Shown: piece after piece, positions 11,401 to 20,516 of the stretch
Layout: each line of letters starts with the position of its first letter
How positions within the stretch are numbered: position 1 is the first letter of the stretch
Virus record (IMG/VR): IMGVR_UViG_3300009605_006302
Origin: a virus
DNA: 64,000 nucleotides
Direction: 5' to 3' (one strand)
The notes under the pieces: model-generated
What the model saw: only the letters and a program-made list of their open reading frames with translations
What the model was told of the DNA's origin: nothing
Databases searched by the model: none
Position numbers and translations under genes: made by a program

Positions 11401-13929
11401 CGGATCGAGAGTACCAGAAACAACAGTCTTACTCATTTGATCGTGAATATAGACATTTGAAGTTGCACTGTATGTTTGGTCGCGACAATCATCACCCATA
11501 CGATACCAAGCTAACAATTGCTGGGATCCCGTACTAGACGGTACAGAATACAGAGAATGCTCGAACAAATTAGTTGGCGATCCCGAATTGTACAGTTCAA
11601 GTGCTTGAGCATCAGTGAAAGTGAGGTTCCACAATGAAACTTCATCGATGAAGCCTGTAAAGGGTGCGATCGTACCAGAACCCAAACTACTAGTAAAGGG
11701 GTCGAAGTTGGGGTGGGCACCTATGAACATCTTCGTCGAGGCGCCGGTTGTGCCAAATGTCTCATTGGTTGAACTACTAACAAGATCGCCGTCAACGTAC
11801 AACCTAAACACATCAGAGCCGTCTGCAACGCGATTGGCACTAAAGAGGGCATGATGCCAGTAGTTGTCGGCGTAACCCTCACCAGTACTAAGACGACCAG
11901 CAACAGAAGACGAAACAAACTCGGTAACAACAGAACCGGAACCGTCGACATATAAGATCATATCTTTGGCGTCAGTTGTCCAAAGAACCTGGTTTCGATC
12001 CTCTTGAAATGGTGTGCGAAACCACAACGAAACCGATGCTGAACCAACTGTCGTCATGTCATAGTAAGATAACAAAGGCATTTTGTCTATTGTGTTGGCA
12101 TCATCGATTTCTATATAAGTCGACGCGGTGTTGTTAAGACCTCTACCAAATAATATAGATCCTGAAAAATATTGTGATAAATCCGTTGGACAACTATCAT
12201 TGTATAAGTCGTATATAGGACCAGAAGATGCAGTGTGATCAGTTGTGCTAGCTGTCAGAAATGTATTCCAAAAGCTTACTTCATCGATGAGACCTGGAAA
12301 AAAACCTTCAAGTAGTTGGCTGCCGGATGCCCACGCTCCAATAATCGGATTACTAGAGGCTGTATACCCCGTCCCAACTATAGTAGAGGTGCTCTTCCAT
12401 GCTCCGTCTAACCAAAGGTATTTTTGATCTCCATCGCTAGCTAAAACAGCATGGTGCCATTGATTATCTACAACACTTACACCACTATCAGCTCTCAAGA
12501 CCACTGTGTCGGTACCGACAGTACCAATAAGATGGCCATTACTCTTGTTGATTGCAAGATAATATTGGGCCAATGGATAATCCGCCGTATCAACTTTAGA
12601 CACTAAAACCCATTCATTATCCATTTCGGTATAATCAGAAGAGTCTGTTTTAAACCACATCGAAATTGAAAAACTCGCGCTAGCGTGATTACCTTCCGAT
12701 GGATAATTAAGCCAATCAAACAAGGTTTGAGTCGGCAGTAACTCCACATATTCATCTACCCCATTTAACTTCAATGAAGCTTGATTAATTAACTGTGCAG
12801 TTGTGCAGGCAGCCCCCATGTGAAAAGTTGTGTATCCGTTCTGCAATTCTCCAGTGCCATCAGTTTGTCCCCCAATAACATTACTAGTTGTAAAACTATC
12901 TCTGGCATCCAGCATCCACATACTGGAAGTTTCAATTGTATATCCTTGTGAATTTTGGGCATCGAATTGTTGTCTATCTTCTCTATCTTCTCTCCAGAAA
13001 CTAACAGTGAAGTTTTCTCGTTGTCGTGTTCTGCCGAGAAATGTATTGATTTCTCTCGGATAAACGGTTTCTTTGTATATCAATCCAACAAATTCTTCTT
13101 CTTCGGAATCAGCATTGTTGTATACGTTAAAAAACTCATCATAAATCGTGCGCACAGATGAAGGATCAAGAGCTAATCTGTTGTTCAGTTTGACATATGA
13201 AAACATATTCTTATTGTTTCCGTGTGTATACTGATACCAATGAGAGCTTGGAGCATCTTTTTGTTTAATGCTATGTTGAATCGGCATAAACTTGCTCGTT
13301 ACCGGTGGTTCATTATAATGTGTGAAGCCGAGAGCTTTGATTCGAGGCGACTTTTCTCGACGTGGCTTTTCATTCTTTTTTGGCTGCGTCGATATAAGCG
13401 ATTCATAAACCGCAGTGTCGGGCAAGCGACCTGGAACATCTTGAACAGATAATATATTGGTCGATCTGTGCTTTCTCGCAATGGGATGCTCACCGGTTCT
13501 CATTTGTTTCCAAGAAGGATGCTGATAAGGGCCATTGCGATGAAGCATTATAGCATTGAATGTTTCTGCATCAACACTCATTCCTCCAAGATCGCCAACA
13601 TATCCACTTGGAAAGCTCGAAGCACTCAATAGATTGTCGCTTGAGCTTAAACCATTAATAATGATTGTACTATATCCAGCATACGACGTAGAAATTCCAT
13701 TGGTGTTAGTAACTTCGCTAGCACTGACAAAGTTATATGCCGGCACAACCCCTTCAGCAGAAGAAGATACATACCCATCTTCAGGAGCGTGCCCAAAGGT
13801 CTCTGCTTTTGCTGGATAAGGATTTGATGCATTAATGGACGCAGTTATCCAACTATATTGAAGATCACTTCTCGGAATTGGGTGAGATACCCAATAGTTA
13901 TCATATACTGATGCGGTTACAAATGCCAT
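8431..13929 (-). CDS. Baseplate/tail-fibre-associated protein with two LamG (ConA-like) domains
   Basis: 1832 aa. Two LamG signatures: FSISMWFK...WHHAVL...WLDG...IIGA...FPGLIDEVSFWN and SVSLWFR...WHHALF...LYVDG...FIGA...FTGFIDEVSLWN. Confidence 0.75.
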   Translation of the reverse strand: MAFVTASVYDNYWVSHPIPRSDLQYSWITASINASNPYPAKAETFGHAPEDGYVSSSAEGVVPAYNFVSASEVTNTNGISTSYAGYSTIIINGLSSSDNLLSASSFPSGYVGDLGGMSVDAETFNAIMLHRNGPYQHPSWKQMRTGEHPIARKHRSTNILSVQDVPGRLPDTAVYESLISTQPKKNEKPRREKSPRIKALGFTHYNEPPVTSKFMPIQHSIKQKDAPSSHWYQYTHGNNKNMFSYVKLNNRLALDPSSVRTIYDEFFNVYNNADSEEEEFVGLIYKETVYPREINTFLGRTRQRENFTVSFWREDREDRQQFDAQNSQGYTIETSSMWMLDARDSFTTSNVIGGQTDGTGELQNGYTTFHMGAACTTAQLINQASLKLNGVDEYVELLPTQTLFDWLNYPSEGNHASASFSISMWFKTDSSDYTEMDNEWVLVSKVDTADYPLAQYYLAINKSNGHLIGTVGTDTVVLRADSGVSVVDNQWHHAVLASDGDQKYLWLDGAWKSTSTIVGTGYTASSNPIIGAWASGSQLLEGFFPGLIDEVSFWNTFLTASTTDHTASSGPIYDLYNDSCPTDLSQYFSGSILFGRGLNNTASTYIEIDDANTIDKMPLLSYYDMTTVGSASVSLWFRTPFQEDRNQVLWTTDAKDMILYVDGSGSVVTEFVSSSVAGRLSTGEGYADNYWHHALFSANRVADGSDVFRLYVDGDLVSSSTNETFGTTGASTKMFIGAHPNFDPFTSSLGSGTIAPFTGFIDEVSLWNLTFTDAQALELYNSGSPTNLFEHSLYSVPSSTGSQQLLAWYRMGDDCRDQTYSATSNVYIHDQMSKTVVSGTLDPYYHATASFLESVTGSGGVFHHGPEGLDAWFRFNQVDIIAGSNGYCINEVARNNPRGSGVLWINEVPYTNVGRGYPLGYLYGSSSLLSTPLARYQTLLDTNDTPNTNCMKRFLSCPAGPIYARRTPEYNSVTGQELGYFAGDTLWEAGTQSGKSPFYDSYGHYQENMRGIGKDYSIVPEFRISEHMNYYVNEKSENFLAANSGFLTLEGASITSSANDDFCVTYSHSDFLKYFDVIEEDHKPFEKDKTLTLRCKALMKFLPYDGFYPADRTLQLATMFSQSYADNVNEFGGTIPYTFGTQPSWRTFIAPLFGPGVLYNSIKSGIAVDWPQMTSSFNITGGLGSCDSTKPFFPQPAASLKPDLDLRSLTSSARISSSFDVRIPFEALIEPENYLTVPLQDMEPHRSASLDSIAKWNGNGDSLYRLAMNNFLAESINLYLNNNNVTTLVSYPDNDPKHFNADASKIYKMRVVLRSGKLSRKKQILDSLPAVFFDWSSGSQLTNPTMTMYDRPSAFGPPTHAYGIHRQESYEPFTPPYYDGYSEVELTFKPTDTRRYYLNEIVSQLSASYYRIGTQFVTSPSPASGSRMHISASINFDVVTQLDSTVFDALTGRPKEVLQDENTPNIWSIQPKWETPILDFSNVSVTLPASGSGSVSRGMWHQYGSEPTAQQGIYLEVQDLDKNELTNVTLTGSLADLVGFAKTPIRLGTAGESFTVREAVVAVPYIEKNGERKFFKISKEQFAAAKLKLKMSVDYESDIEVGDTIVNMVDAMTKYIFPPEMDFLTFDTTSRSGEARYGGKSGIDPFVMYIFEFEHKLTRKDLTDMWQNLPPDIGTSFKANTVSIQHQMLEKEFFKFEDEVPDELRWKVFKVKQRAEKNYFNKIRKSVWHEKRQSFSRYGNTEGSRDHDSIYSYNWPYDFFSLVELVKMETDVSIGSATPLQISPLQPQTTEVILARPGTTTSVTLSSEKFAQSGGKKAIIRAIDTFSRGYSK

Positions 13930-13950
13930 ATTAACTCTTTACTATAAATA

Positions 13951-16900
13951 TCACGCTTCTTCAATTCTCTTTAAAGGATTCCTATTTACTTTGTGATACG
14001 AACCTACTGGATCCGCCCATTGACTATCAAAACCAAGTTGACCGCAGTGCCTCGTCAGTCTCGTTCTTAAGCCTTCGCGATCTCTTGCTGAAGATATTGT
14101 AGTGTTGCCCTCAATACTCATTCGAATCGTTCCTACTTCTCCACTTCCACTAGAACGCACAGAAAGGTTCCTATAAGGCAACGCATTGTGAACCGAATAC
14201 TCCTCTGCCATTATATCCAGAAAGCCCTTAGAACTGATTTCTGGGCCTCCTGGAGCAGAAAAGCGACTAACGATTACTGAGTTGGATCCCGTTAGATCTC
14301 GACGAGGCAGTGTGAACTCAGTTCCATTCGATCCGGTATCAAAACGATTCGAAGATGTTTGACCGAACACATTGCCGGCAACCGAAGTTATAACACCAAC
14401 TAGCGTATGAACATGTGTTGTTGTTGGAAGCTCCGTATCAAACCTGTTTGGCAGCGAAACACCGTTGTTATCTTTGAAATATGCATTGTTTGCTGTTCTG
14501 CCGGCGGCTGCGACCACATTCCAATTTGATTCATAGTTACCAATTCCAGAACCAGTAGTTTGCTGAATGTTTCTTATATTGATAGGGCGCTTAACAAACT
14601 CCTCACGTATTCGTGTGGCTCGTGGAGTATCCTTGTCGTGTGAACCTGTTGAAGTATAAGTCGGGCCCACAATACCCATAGCAGGTTCCAAACCGCCCAA
14701 AAGAATATACCAAGCCTCTGTTCTAGTATCTTGGTCATGCAAGTTGTTTGTGGTCGACAATGAAGAATTATACTTGTTTATCGCAACGTGCCTGTGTTGC
14801 CGGCCTCCAACAAATTTCTCTGTGAATGGACCCTGCATTGGCACATCCTTGTCATCTCCATAAGTATCCACATGAAGATTGGTGAAATCCATTCCCCCGA
14901 TAATGTTTCCAAAACTAGAAGTCGCGATTTCGCTGACATACCCAGTAGTTACAGAAGAACTGTGAATGTTAAACGGAAGCAGTAAATCACCCTTTCCATA
15001 TTCATATCCGCCGGCCGAACCAGATTCACGAGAATTTTGGACGTTGTATATATATTTTCTCTTTTGATTTGGAATCAATATGTCACTGCAACCATCAAAG
15101 TTGTTTATCCCTGAAGCGTCGACAAACAGATAATTAACCGAAGCAGTCACGCCAAGAAGAGGAAGTTCTTCTACATCACCAAATATCTCCGTTGCAATGC
15201 TAACATATTCTATTTTCTTGTTTTTGTGAAAGTTAACGCCGCCATGGATTTGTTGACTTTCATTAACATTTAATTTATATGGTTTCGTAAATCTACGAAT
15301 TGCATATGTTGAGCCGGCATAAGAAGTTCCATCTGTTTGAGAAAAATTTGGAACTGATCCACTTCTGTGTCTGTCAGCATCATTAAAAGTTTCTCTCTGA
15401 GAATCGACGGTCGAATCGCCAGAAGCTATAACCGTATTAGTTCTCTCTGTTCTTTCTCGCCACCAAAAACAGTTATCACTCTCGGCATTGGTAAGCGGTA
15501 CATGAGCATATTCCCAATCATATAAAAGCTCTGTAACACCCCTTAATCCAGCTTCTGGATCTTTTTGTTTGAATTCTAATGTTGGGAACTTGGTCCAATA
15601 CTTGTTCCTCTCAAGAACATGGCTTTCTACCATATTTCGAAGTCTATCAGACATGTTAGCCGAAGCCGGCGTCAACTGAAAAACCATTTTAGAAATTGCA
15701 GAATCGATCCACTTGTAGAAATTGATATATTTTTCTAAACTTGGTACATTTCGAACTCTCTCATAAAAAAGTTGGCGTATTTTTCCCAAGTCTTTGTAAT
15801 CTTGACGATATCTGTTGACCGGTTCACCAATCAAATTATTAAAATCAATAATTGTGGCAAAGAAGTTGATCATCTCTTCTGAGATGGTCTGATACATGCT
15901 CTTTTCTACGGCAAAAAAGTGTGTAATTGGTCTGCTTTCTCTGGTAAACCTCTCATCATCTTGAGTAAGAATGTTGACCATATTGTCACTACTTATATTT
16001 TCTGGTAATCTCTGTTTTGCAGAATAAAGAAACTCATTACTTATTGAACTTGTAGCGCTAACTGGAAAGAACTCACCTCTGCCGGCATGTTGACTTTTGA
16101 CTACATTTCCGAACCAACCATATCTAGATGTCGTGGCAACAGAACCAGAAGAATAATCTTGAACTGTAAAATCACCACTTGCGTCGGATCCAGTTACAGT
16201 GTCAAAGTCCCAATGTAAAGCCAGTGTTTCCATAGATGGAACGTGGACGCCAGATAAGCTTGTTTTTGTAAGACCTATATTTTCATAAGGATGTTCTGTT
16301 CCAAAGTTGCTGGCATCGCGGGCGTGAGCCTTAATAGCATCATTAGAGAGATAACTTTTCCAATATCTAGCTGAAGATATCTTGACATCACTCTGTTGTA
16401 TCACGGAACCAGTAAAATTAGTTCTATGAGCGCCGAGATATATGCGCTTGTTGGAAGTATTCGAAGGATCAGATGAAATACCAGTAGAAGTCAATGCTCC
16501 GGAAACATAAAATTCATTAACAACTTGATCTAAAACAGAATTTACACCATAAAACTCAACATAAGAGGCAGTGGCGTTAATTGAATTAACCACTAAATCG
16601 TTTAATTTTCCACCTTTAACTAAGCCGGCGTTATTTGTCTTGTCTATATAAAATCTAACAGCAAAATTCCATTTTTGATTTTCATAAACATCTTCATAAA
16701 AAGAAGATGTCAATGTTGGCCAGCCAGCCAAAGAAGAAGTAAGCACGAATTTTACATTCTTTGATTCTGGTTCATCTCTAACAGAAAAAACCTGAAAATT
16801 GTTATTGTCGTTTGCTTCCCAAGTAAAATCAGATGAATCTTCAACTGCTTCATGAACTCCAAATAAAGAAGAAGACACAAATGGCGTTACATAATATCCA

Positions 16901-19026
16901 TCTGCACCCAAGTCAGCTTTAACAGGGAATATAACTTCTGTTTCCAGTGTCCACGGCACGTATAATTCACGGGTGACATTGGCTTGATCACTACCGCTAA
17001 TATAAGACAATGTGCTGTTCGCGTCAGAAGAAGCAGATTGATACACAGTGGCACTAAAACGTTCTGGGTGATTAAAAGCTATATATTTTTTTCTATAAGC
17101 CGTAGAACGATAATTATCTTTTAATTCATATGTAGTGTTGTCTGCATAGAGGTTAATTTTTATTAACTCGTCATCAACCCCAAAACACCTAATTAGATTT
17201 CTGAAAGCTTTTTCTGTGCCCTTTGATTTATAGATATAAACTAAATTATTATAAATATTTTTATAAATAATGTTTTTTAAATCATAGAGTTTCTTGTCAA
17301 ACTCTCTTACTTCATCTCGGTTGGCAAAGTTTTCTAGTATCGTTGCCTGTGTAAACACATCCGATGAAACAAAACCAGTATTAGTTAACAACTTCTCAGT
17401 AAAAGGAAAAGGTTTAAAACTAGAACTAGTATAATCCACATTCTTAAGTTTTGGTAAGTTTTCAATTTGAAGATGGAGAGTGTCAAAATAACTACCAAGA
17501 ACTTGTGTCAGTTTTTTTAAAGTTTGGGCATCACTATCTTCTTCGGTAATCCACGAAGGCAAAGTATGATATATGCCGGCGTTGTTTTTTAAATCGTGCG
17601 TTGATCCAGAGCTTTTAAGCATAGTTAGCAATGCATCAACGTTTGGATGAGAAGAATAAATAATTGGATCTTTAAATTCTGTACTAGAAGCAGTGGCTAA
17701 AACTATTGCAGACCCTGTATTCCTAGAACTATCCCCGACGTATCCTGTCCAAGTACCATTTGAAACACGGCCGGAATAATCTAAAACAATTGAATCAATC
17801 GAAGAATTTGTTGTTATACCTTCGTTAAACTTGTAATAGACCCCAAGATTAACCGGATTATCTTCATTATATTTATTAGATATCGTGCCAGAATACGCGA
17901 CATCAGTGTTTGTCCCTCCTCCAACTTGTGTAAACCAGTATCTTCCAATGTCTTCAGAAGTTCTCTTCGCAGTCCAATAACGAAATTCATCCAAAGAACC
18001 GGATAATTTTCCATATCCTTCTCCAATGCCGGTTCCAATAAAAGCATTTCCAGATGGAGAAGTCCTTAACGCTCCAATGTTTGCAATTAAAGAACCAGTA
18101 ACCTCACCAATAGTACTCCCAGTGTTTAAAGTATGATCCAAAATGCCGTTTAAATAAAACTTTGTTTGAACGACACTCGAAGAATTGATAAATGTAAAAG
18201 CAAAATGGCTCCAGTCGGTTAAAGTACCGGTCGTTGGCGTAGAACCAATTAGTTTCTGATAGTATCCGCTTGTCCCCGATTGAACAGTAACTAAAAATGG
18301 CGAACCACTAGTGGCGCCGGTTAATTCAATTGTTAAGCGACCATAATCCGCACTTGAACTAAGTTCTCCGTTCCATAAATCAAAAATGACCTCTTTTTCT
18401 GTTGAACTGGTTGTAAATGCCGGTTTTTTCAGCCAAAACTCAACCGAAACACCATTATCACCGTCAAGTGCTGTGTTTGACTTTCTTCTGGTAACTGAAT
18501 CATAAAAGTTTGCTTTTCCTTTATGTACACCAGGAAACGATTTTGCTATTGTTGTGGCGTTTGGATCTAGATGGGGTCCGCCTTTAAGTTGAATATATTC
18601 ATGACCAGGTGAAGCTGATGAAGATGGTGCGCCATATCCACCAACCAAAGAACCAGATAACGTTCCCCACCCATTAACAGAAAAATTAATATAACCATTT
18701 GTTCTTGGATATTTATTTTCAAAAATATATTTGTCGAGATAAGAAGACTCGTTGTGCCACTCTATTTTTTCTTTTAAGGATCCGTCATATGGATAGGTTT
18801 TATAGACTCTGGTTATAACATCTTCATAATATTGTTCTGCGGAACCATATCTGGCAAAATTGGAAGCGCTGGAAAAATCAACGTGAGGTATAAACCGGTC
18901 TTTTTGCTCAACATAAGTTGCAACATATTCAGGCGATTCAATTTCTCTGCCCAATTCATCAAGACTTTTGGCTGGAGTTACTGTGCTGTGGCCTTTATCT
19001 GAGTTAAAATAATCCTTTACACTCAT
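13951..19026 (-). CDS. Baseplate wedge protein (gp7/P2 gpI-like motif) with LamG domains
   Basis: 1691 aa. LamG signature SVEFWLK...WSHFAF...FYLNG...LSGSLDEFRYW. The motif IYKSKGTEKAFRNLIRCFG matches the KGT..a...l...fG hallmark of gpI/gp7 wedge proteins. Lies close downstream of gp25 and gp6. Confidence 0.65.
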   Translation of the reverse strand: MSVKDYFNSDKGHSTVTPAKSLDELGREIESPEYVATYVEQKDRFIPHVDFSSASNFARYGSAEQYYEDVITRVYKTYPYDGSLKEKIEWHNESSYLDKYIFENKYPRTNGYINFSVNGWGTLSGSLVGGYGAPSSSASPGHEYIQLKGGPHLDPNATTIAKSFPGVHKGKANFYDSVTRRKSNTALDGDNGVSVEFWLKKPAFTTSSTEKEVIFDLWNGELSSSADYGRLTIELTGATSGSPFLVTVQSGTSGYYQKLIGSTPTTGTLTDWSHFAFTFINSSSVVQTKFYLNGILDHTLNTGSTIGEVTGSLIANIGALRTSPSGNAFIGTGIGEGYGKLSGSLDEFRYWTAKRTSEDIGRYWFTQVGGGTNTDVAYSGTISNKYNEDNPVNLGVYYKFNEGITTNSSIDSIVLDYSGRVSNGTWTGYVGDSSRNTGSAIVLATASSTEFKDPIIYSSHPNVDALLTMLKSSGSTHDLKNNAGIYHTLPSWITEEDSDAQTLKKLTQVLGSYFDTLHLQIENLPKLKNVDYTSSSFKPFPFTEKLLTNTGFVSSDVFTQATILENFANRDEVREFDKKLYDLKNIIYKNIYNNLVYIYKSKGTEKAFRNLIRCFGVDDELIKINLYADNTTYELKDNYRSTAYRKKYIAFNHPERFSATVYQSASSDANSTLSYISGSDQANVTRELYVPWTLETEVIFPVKADLGADGYYVTPFVSSSLFGVHEAVEDSSDFTWEANDNNNFQVFSVRDEPESKNVKFVLTSSLAGWPTLTSSFYEDVYENQKWNFAVRFYIDKTNNAGLVKGGKLNDLVVNSINATASYVEFYGVNSVLDQVVNEFYVSGALTSTGISSDPSNTSNKRIYLGAHRTNFTGSVIQQSDVKISSARYWKSYLSNDAIKAHARDASNFGTEHPYENIGLTKTSLSGVHVPSMETLALHWDFDTVTGSDASGDFTVQDYSSGSVATTSRYGWFGNVVKSQHAGRGEFFPVSATSSISNEFLYSAKQRLPENISSDNMVNILTQDDERFTRESRPITHFFAVEKSMYQTISEEMINFFATIIDFNNLIGEPVNRYRQDYKDLGKIRQLFYERVRNVPSLEKYINFYKWIDSAISKMVFQLTPASANMSDRLRNMVESHVLERNKYWTKFPTLEFKQKDPEAGLRGVTELLYDWEYAHVPLTNAESDNCFWWRERTERTNTVIASGDSTVDSQRETFNDADRHRSGSVPNFSQTDGTSYAGSTYAIRRFTKPYKLNVNESQQIHGGVNFHKNKKIEYVSIATEIFGDVEELPLLGVTASVNYLFVDASGINNFDGCSDILIPNQKRKYIYNVQNSRESGSAGGYEYGKGDLLLPFNIHSSSVTTGYVSEIATSSFGNIIGGMDFTNLHVDTYGDDKDVPMQGPFTEKFVGGRQHRHVAINKYNSSLSTTNNLHDQDTRTEAWYILLGGLEPAMGIVGPTYTSTGSHDKDTPRATRIREEFVKRPINIRNIQQTTGSGIGNYESNWNVVAAAGRTANNAYFKDNNGVSLPNRFDTELPTTTHVHTLVGVITSVAGNVFGQTSSNRFDTGSNGTEFTLPRRDLTGSNSVIVSRFSAPGGPEISSKGFLDIMAEEYSVHNALPYRNLSVRSSGSGEVGTIRMSIEGNTTISSARDREGLRTRLTRHCGQLGFDSQWADPVGSYHKVNRNPLKRIEEA

Positions 19027-19028
19027 AT

Positions 19029-20516
19029 TTACTCAACCCTGAATTTGAATACATGTGGTTGTTCCTTATAAAAACCGTTTGGTAATTTATAAGTCAATTT
19101 TATACCATACATGTAGTCTTTTTCTAGAAGTGAAACTGGAAGGTCAAAATAGTTTCCCGATACGTCAAACGAAAGTCTGGTATAGTTGAGAGATCCAGTT
19201 CCATACTTGACAACATCCAAATCATCAATTGTTCTAATAATTCTGTAATAAGCATCTTCTATAATCAAATTGTCAGGATCTGACTTGGCCTTTGTATATA
19301 TGGTCGGACTCCAATCTTTCTGTCTCACATATAATCTAAATCTTGCCTCTTCATGTCGCGAATAAACACTCTTGAGGTTTGTTATCGTCGTAACATAACT
19401 AGGACTTGGATTATAATCCGAAGAACTAATCGTATTCACTGTTATTCCAGAACCAGTATGATATGCAGTAGGGGTAGATCCACTATGCCAAACAGGAAAA
19501 ATCGTTGTCGCTGAACTAGTGTATGCGAACGAAGCCGAATAAATACCCGTAGACACATAAGTACCCGTAATGTTTAAATCATTATTAGTGACAACTCCAC
19601 CACCAATTGGCAGTGTATATGCAGTCCCAGAAGTAGTAGTATTACTAGTGGAACCGGAATAAACACTGACCATTATTTTTCCTTCCCCCACGCCTGGTAT
19701 GTTCTTCAATTGCCCTCTTACATTATTGTATAAATAAATGGTATTAAGGTTGTCTTCTGCTGAAAATAATGAACTACTAAGATAAAAACTGCCGGCATCA
19801 TCTTTGGTTGAAGAATCCCATCTTGCTTCAAGTACGGGGCGTTTATACCAAAACTCTGTGCCTCTTGCAAAAAATTTCTTTGTGTAATAAGATCTAGTTT
19901 CAGATTCTTGAGCATCGGGAAACTTGACAATTACACCATAGTTGTCTTTTGAACCAAGAACATTTCCTGCGCTATTAACCCACTGCTCAACCAAAGGTGT
20001 AATATCAAGTTCAACGTCTTCTGTTCCATCATCAAATGAAGCAGTGAAAGAAGACGAAGAATCAGTATAATAATCACCGCCGGCAGTCGTCCAAGTTACA
20101 CCAGATGACGCATTTTCCCAGTTTGCGCCGGTCTCATCATACGTCAAATCAGTATAATTTTCCATATCCAGTCCAGTTCCCTCTTCCCAAGAGCGAGAAA
20201 CCGCCGAGATAATCAAATTAAAGTTCTTTGGTAGAGTTTGGCTGTGACGAGCATTATACAATCTCAAATAGAAACTTACACTTCCACTAGCCGGGATTGT
20301 GCCGGCAGTACGATCAGTGGAAAAGTCTGCGATCGGAAATTGAGTTAAAAACCTCATACTTTCAGTAGAAGCACTAGACGCCTGGCCGTAGATCGTAAAC
20401 GCTTCAGAAACATCAGAAGCACCCATACTAGAACCGGTGCCTCTTGTAGATAGGTCTGATTTAAAAGCATTCGTTATTGTGGTATCTGCTGAAGCTATAT
20501 ATCTTCTAATGGCCAT
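19029..20516 (-). CDS. Structural protein with a DNRLRE/CBM96-like N-terminal domain
   Basis: 495 aa. The pattern ADTTI...RFLTQF...YLRLYNA...VSRSWEEG...W...GVTW...GGDY...VELDITPLVEQW...NYG resembles DNRLRE-type domains. Ig-like C-terminal part. Confidence 0.5.
   Translation of the reverse strand: MAIRRYIASADTTITNAFKSDLSTRGTGSSMGASDVSEAFTIYGQASSASTESMRFLTQFPIADFSTDRTAGTIPASGSVSFYLRLYNARHSQTLPKNFNLIISAVSRSWEEGTGLDMENYTDLTYDETGANWENASSGVTWTTAGGDYYTDSSSSFTASFDDGTEDVELDITPLVEQWVNSAGNVLGSKDNYGVIVKFPDAQESETRSYYTKKFFARGTEFWYKRPVLEARWDSSTKDDAGSFYLSSSLFSAEDNLNTIYLYNNVRGQLKNIPGVGEGKIMVSVYSGSTSNTTTSGTAYTLPIGGGVVTNNDLNITGTYVSTGIYSASFAYTSSATTIFPVWHSGSTPTAYHTGSGITVNTISSSDYNPSPSYVTTITNLKSVYSRHEEARFRLYVRQKDWSPTIYTKAKSDPDNLIIEDAYYRIIRTIDDLDVVKYGTGSLNYTRLSFDVSGNYFDLPVSLLEKDYMYGIKLTYKLPNGFYKEQPHVFKFRVE

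Noticed and set aside
13929-13953. Stop-codon readthrough or recoding joining the two giant baseplate ORFs
   Set aside because: The ORFs are in different frames and a TAG follows the TGA two codons later. Other genes end cleanly at all three stop codons, so there is no sign of an alternative genetic code.
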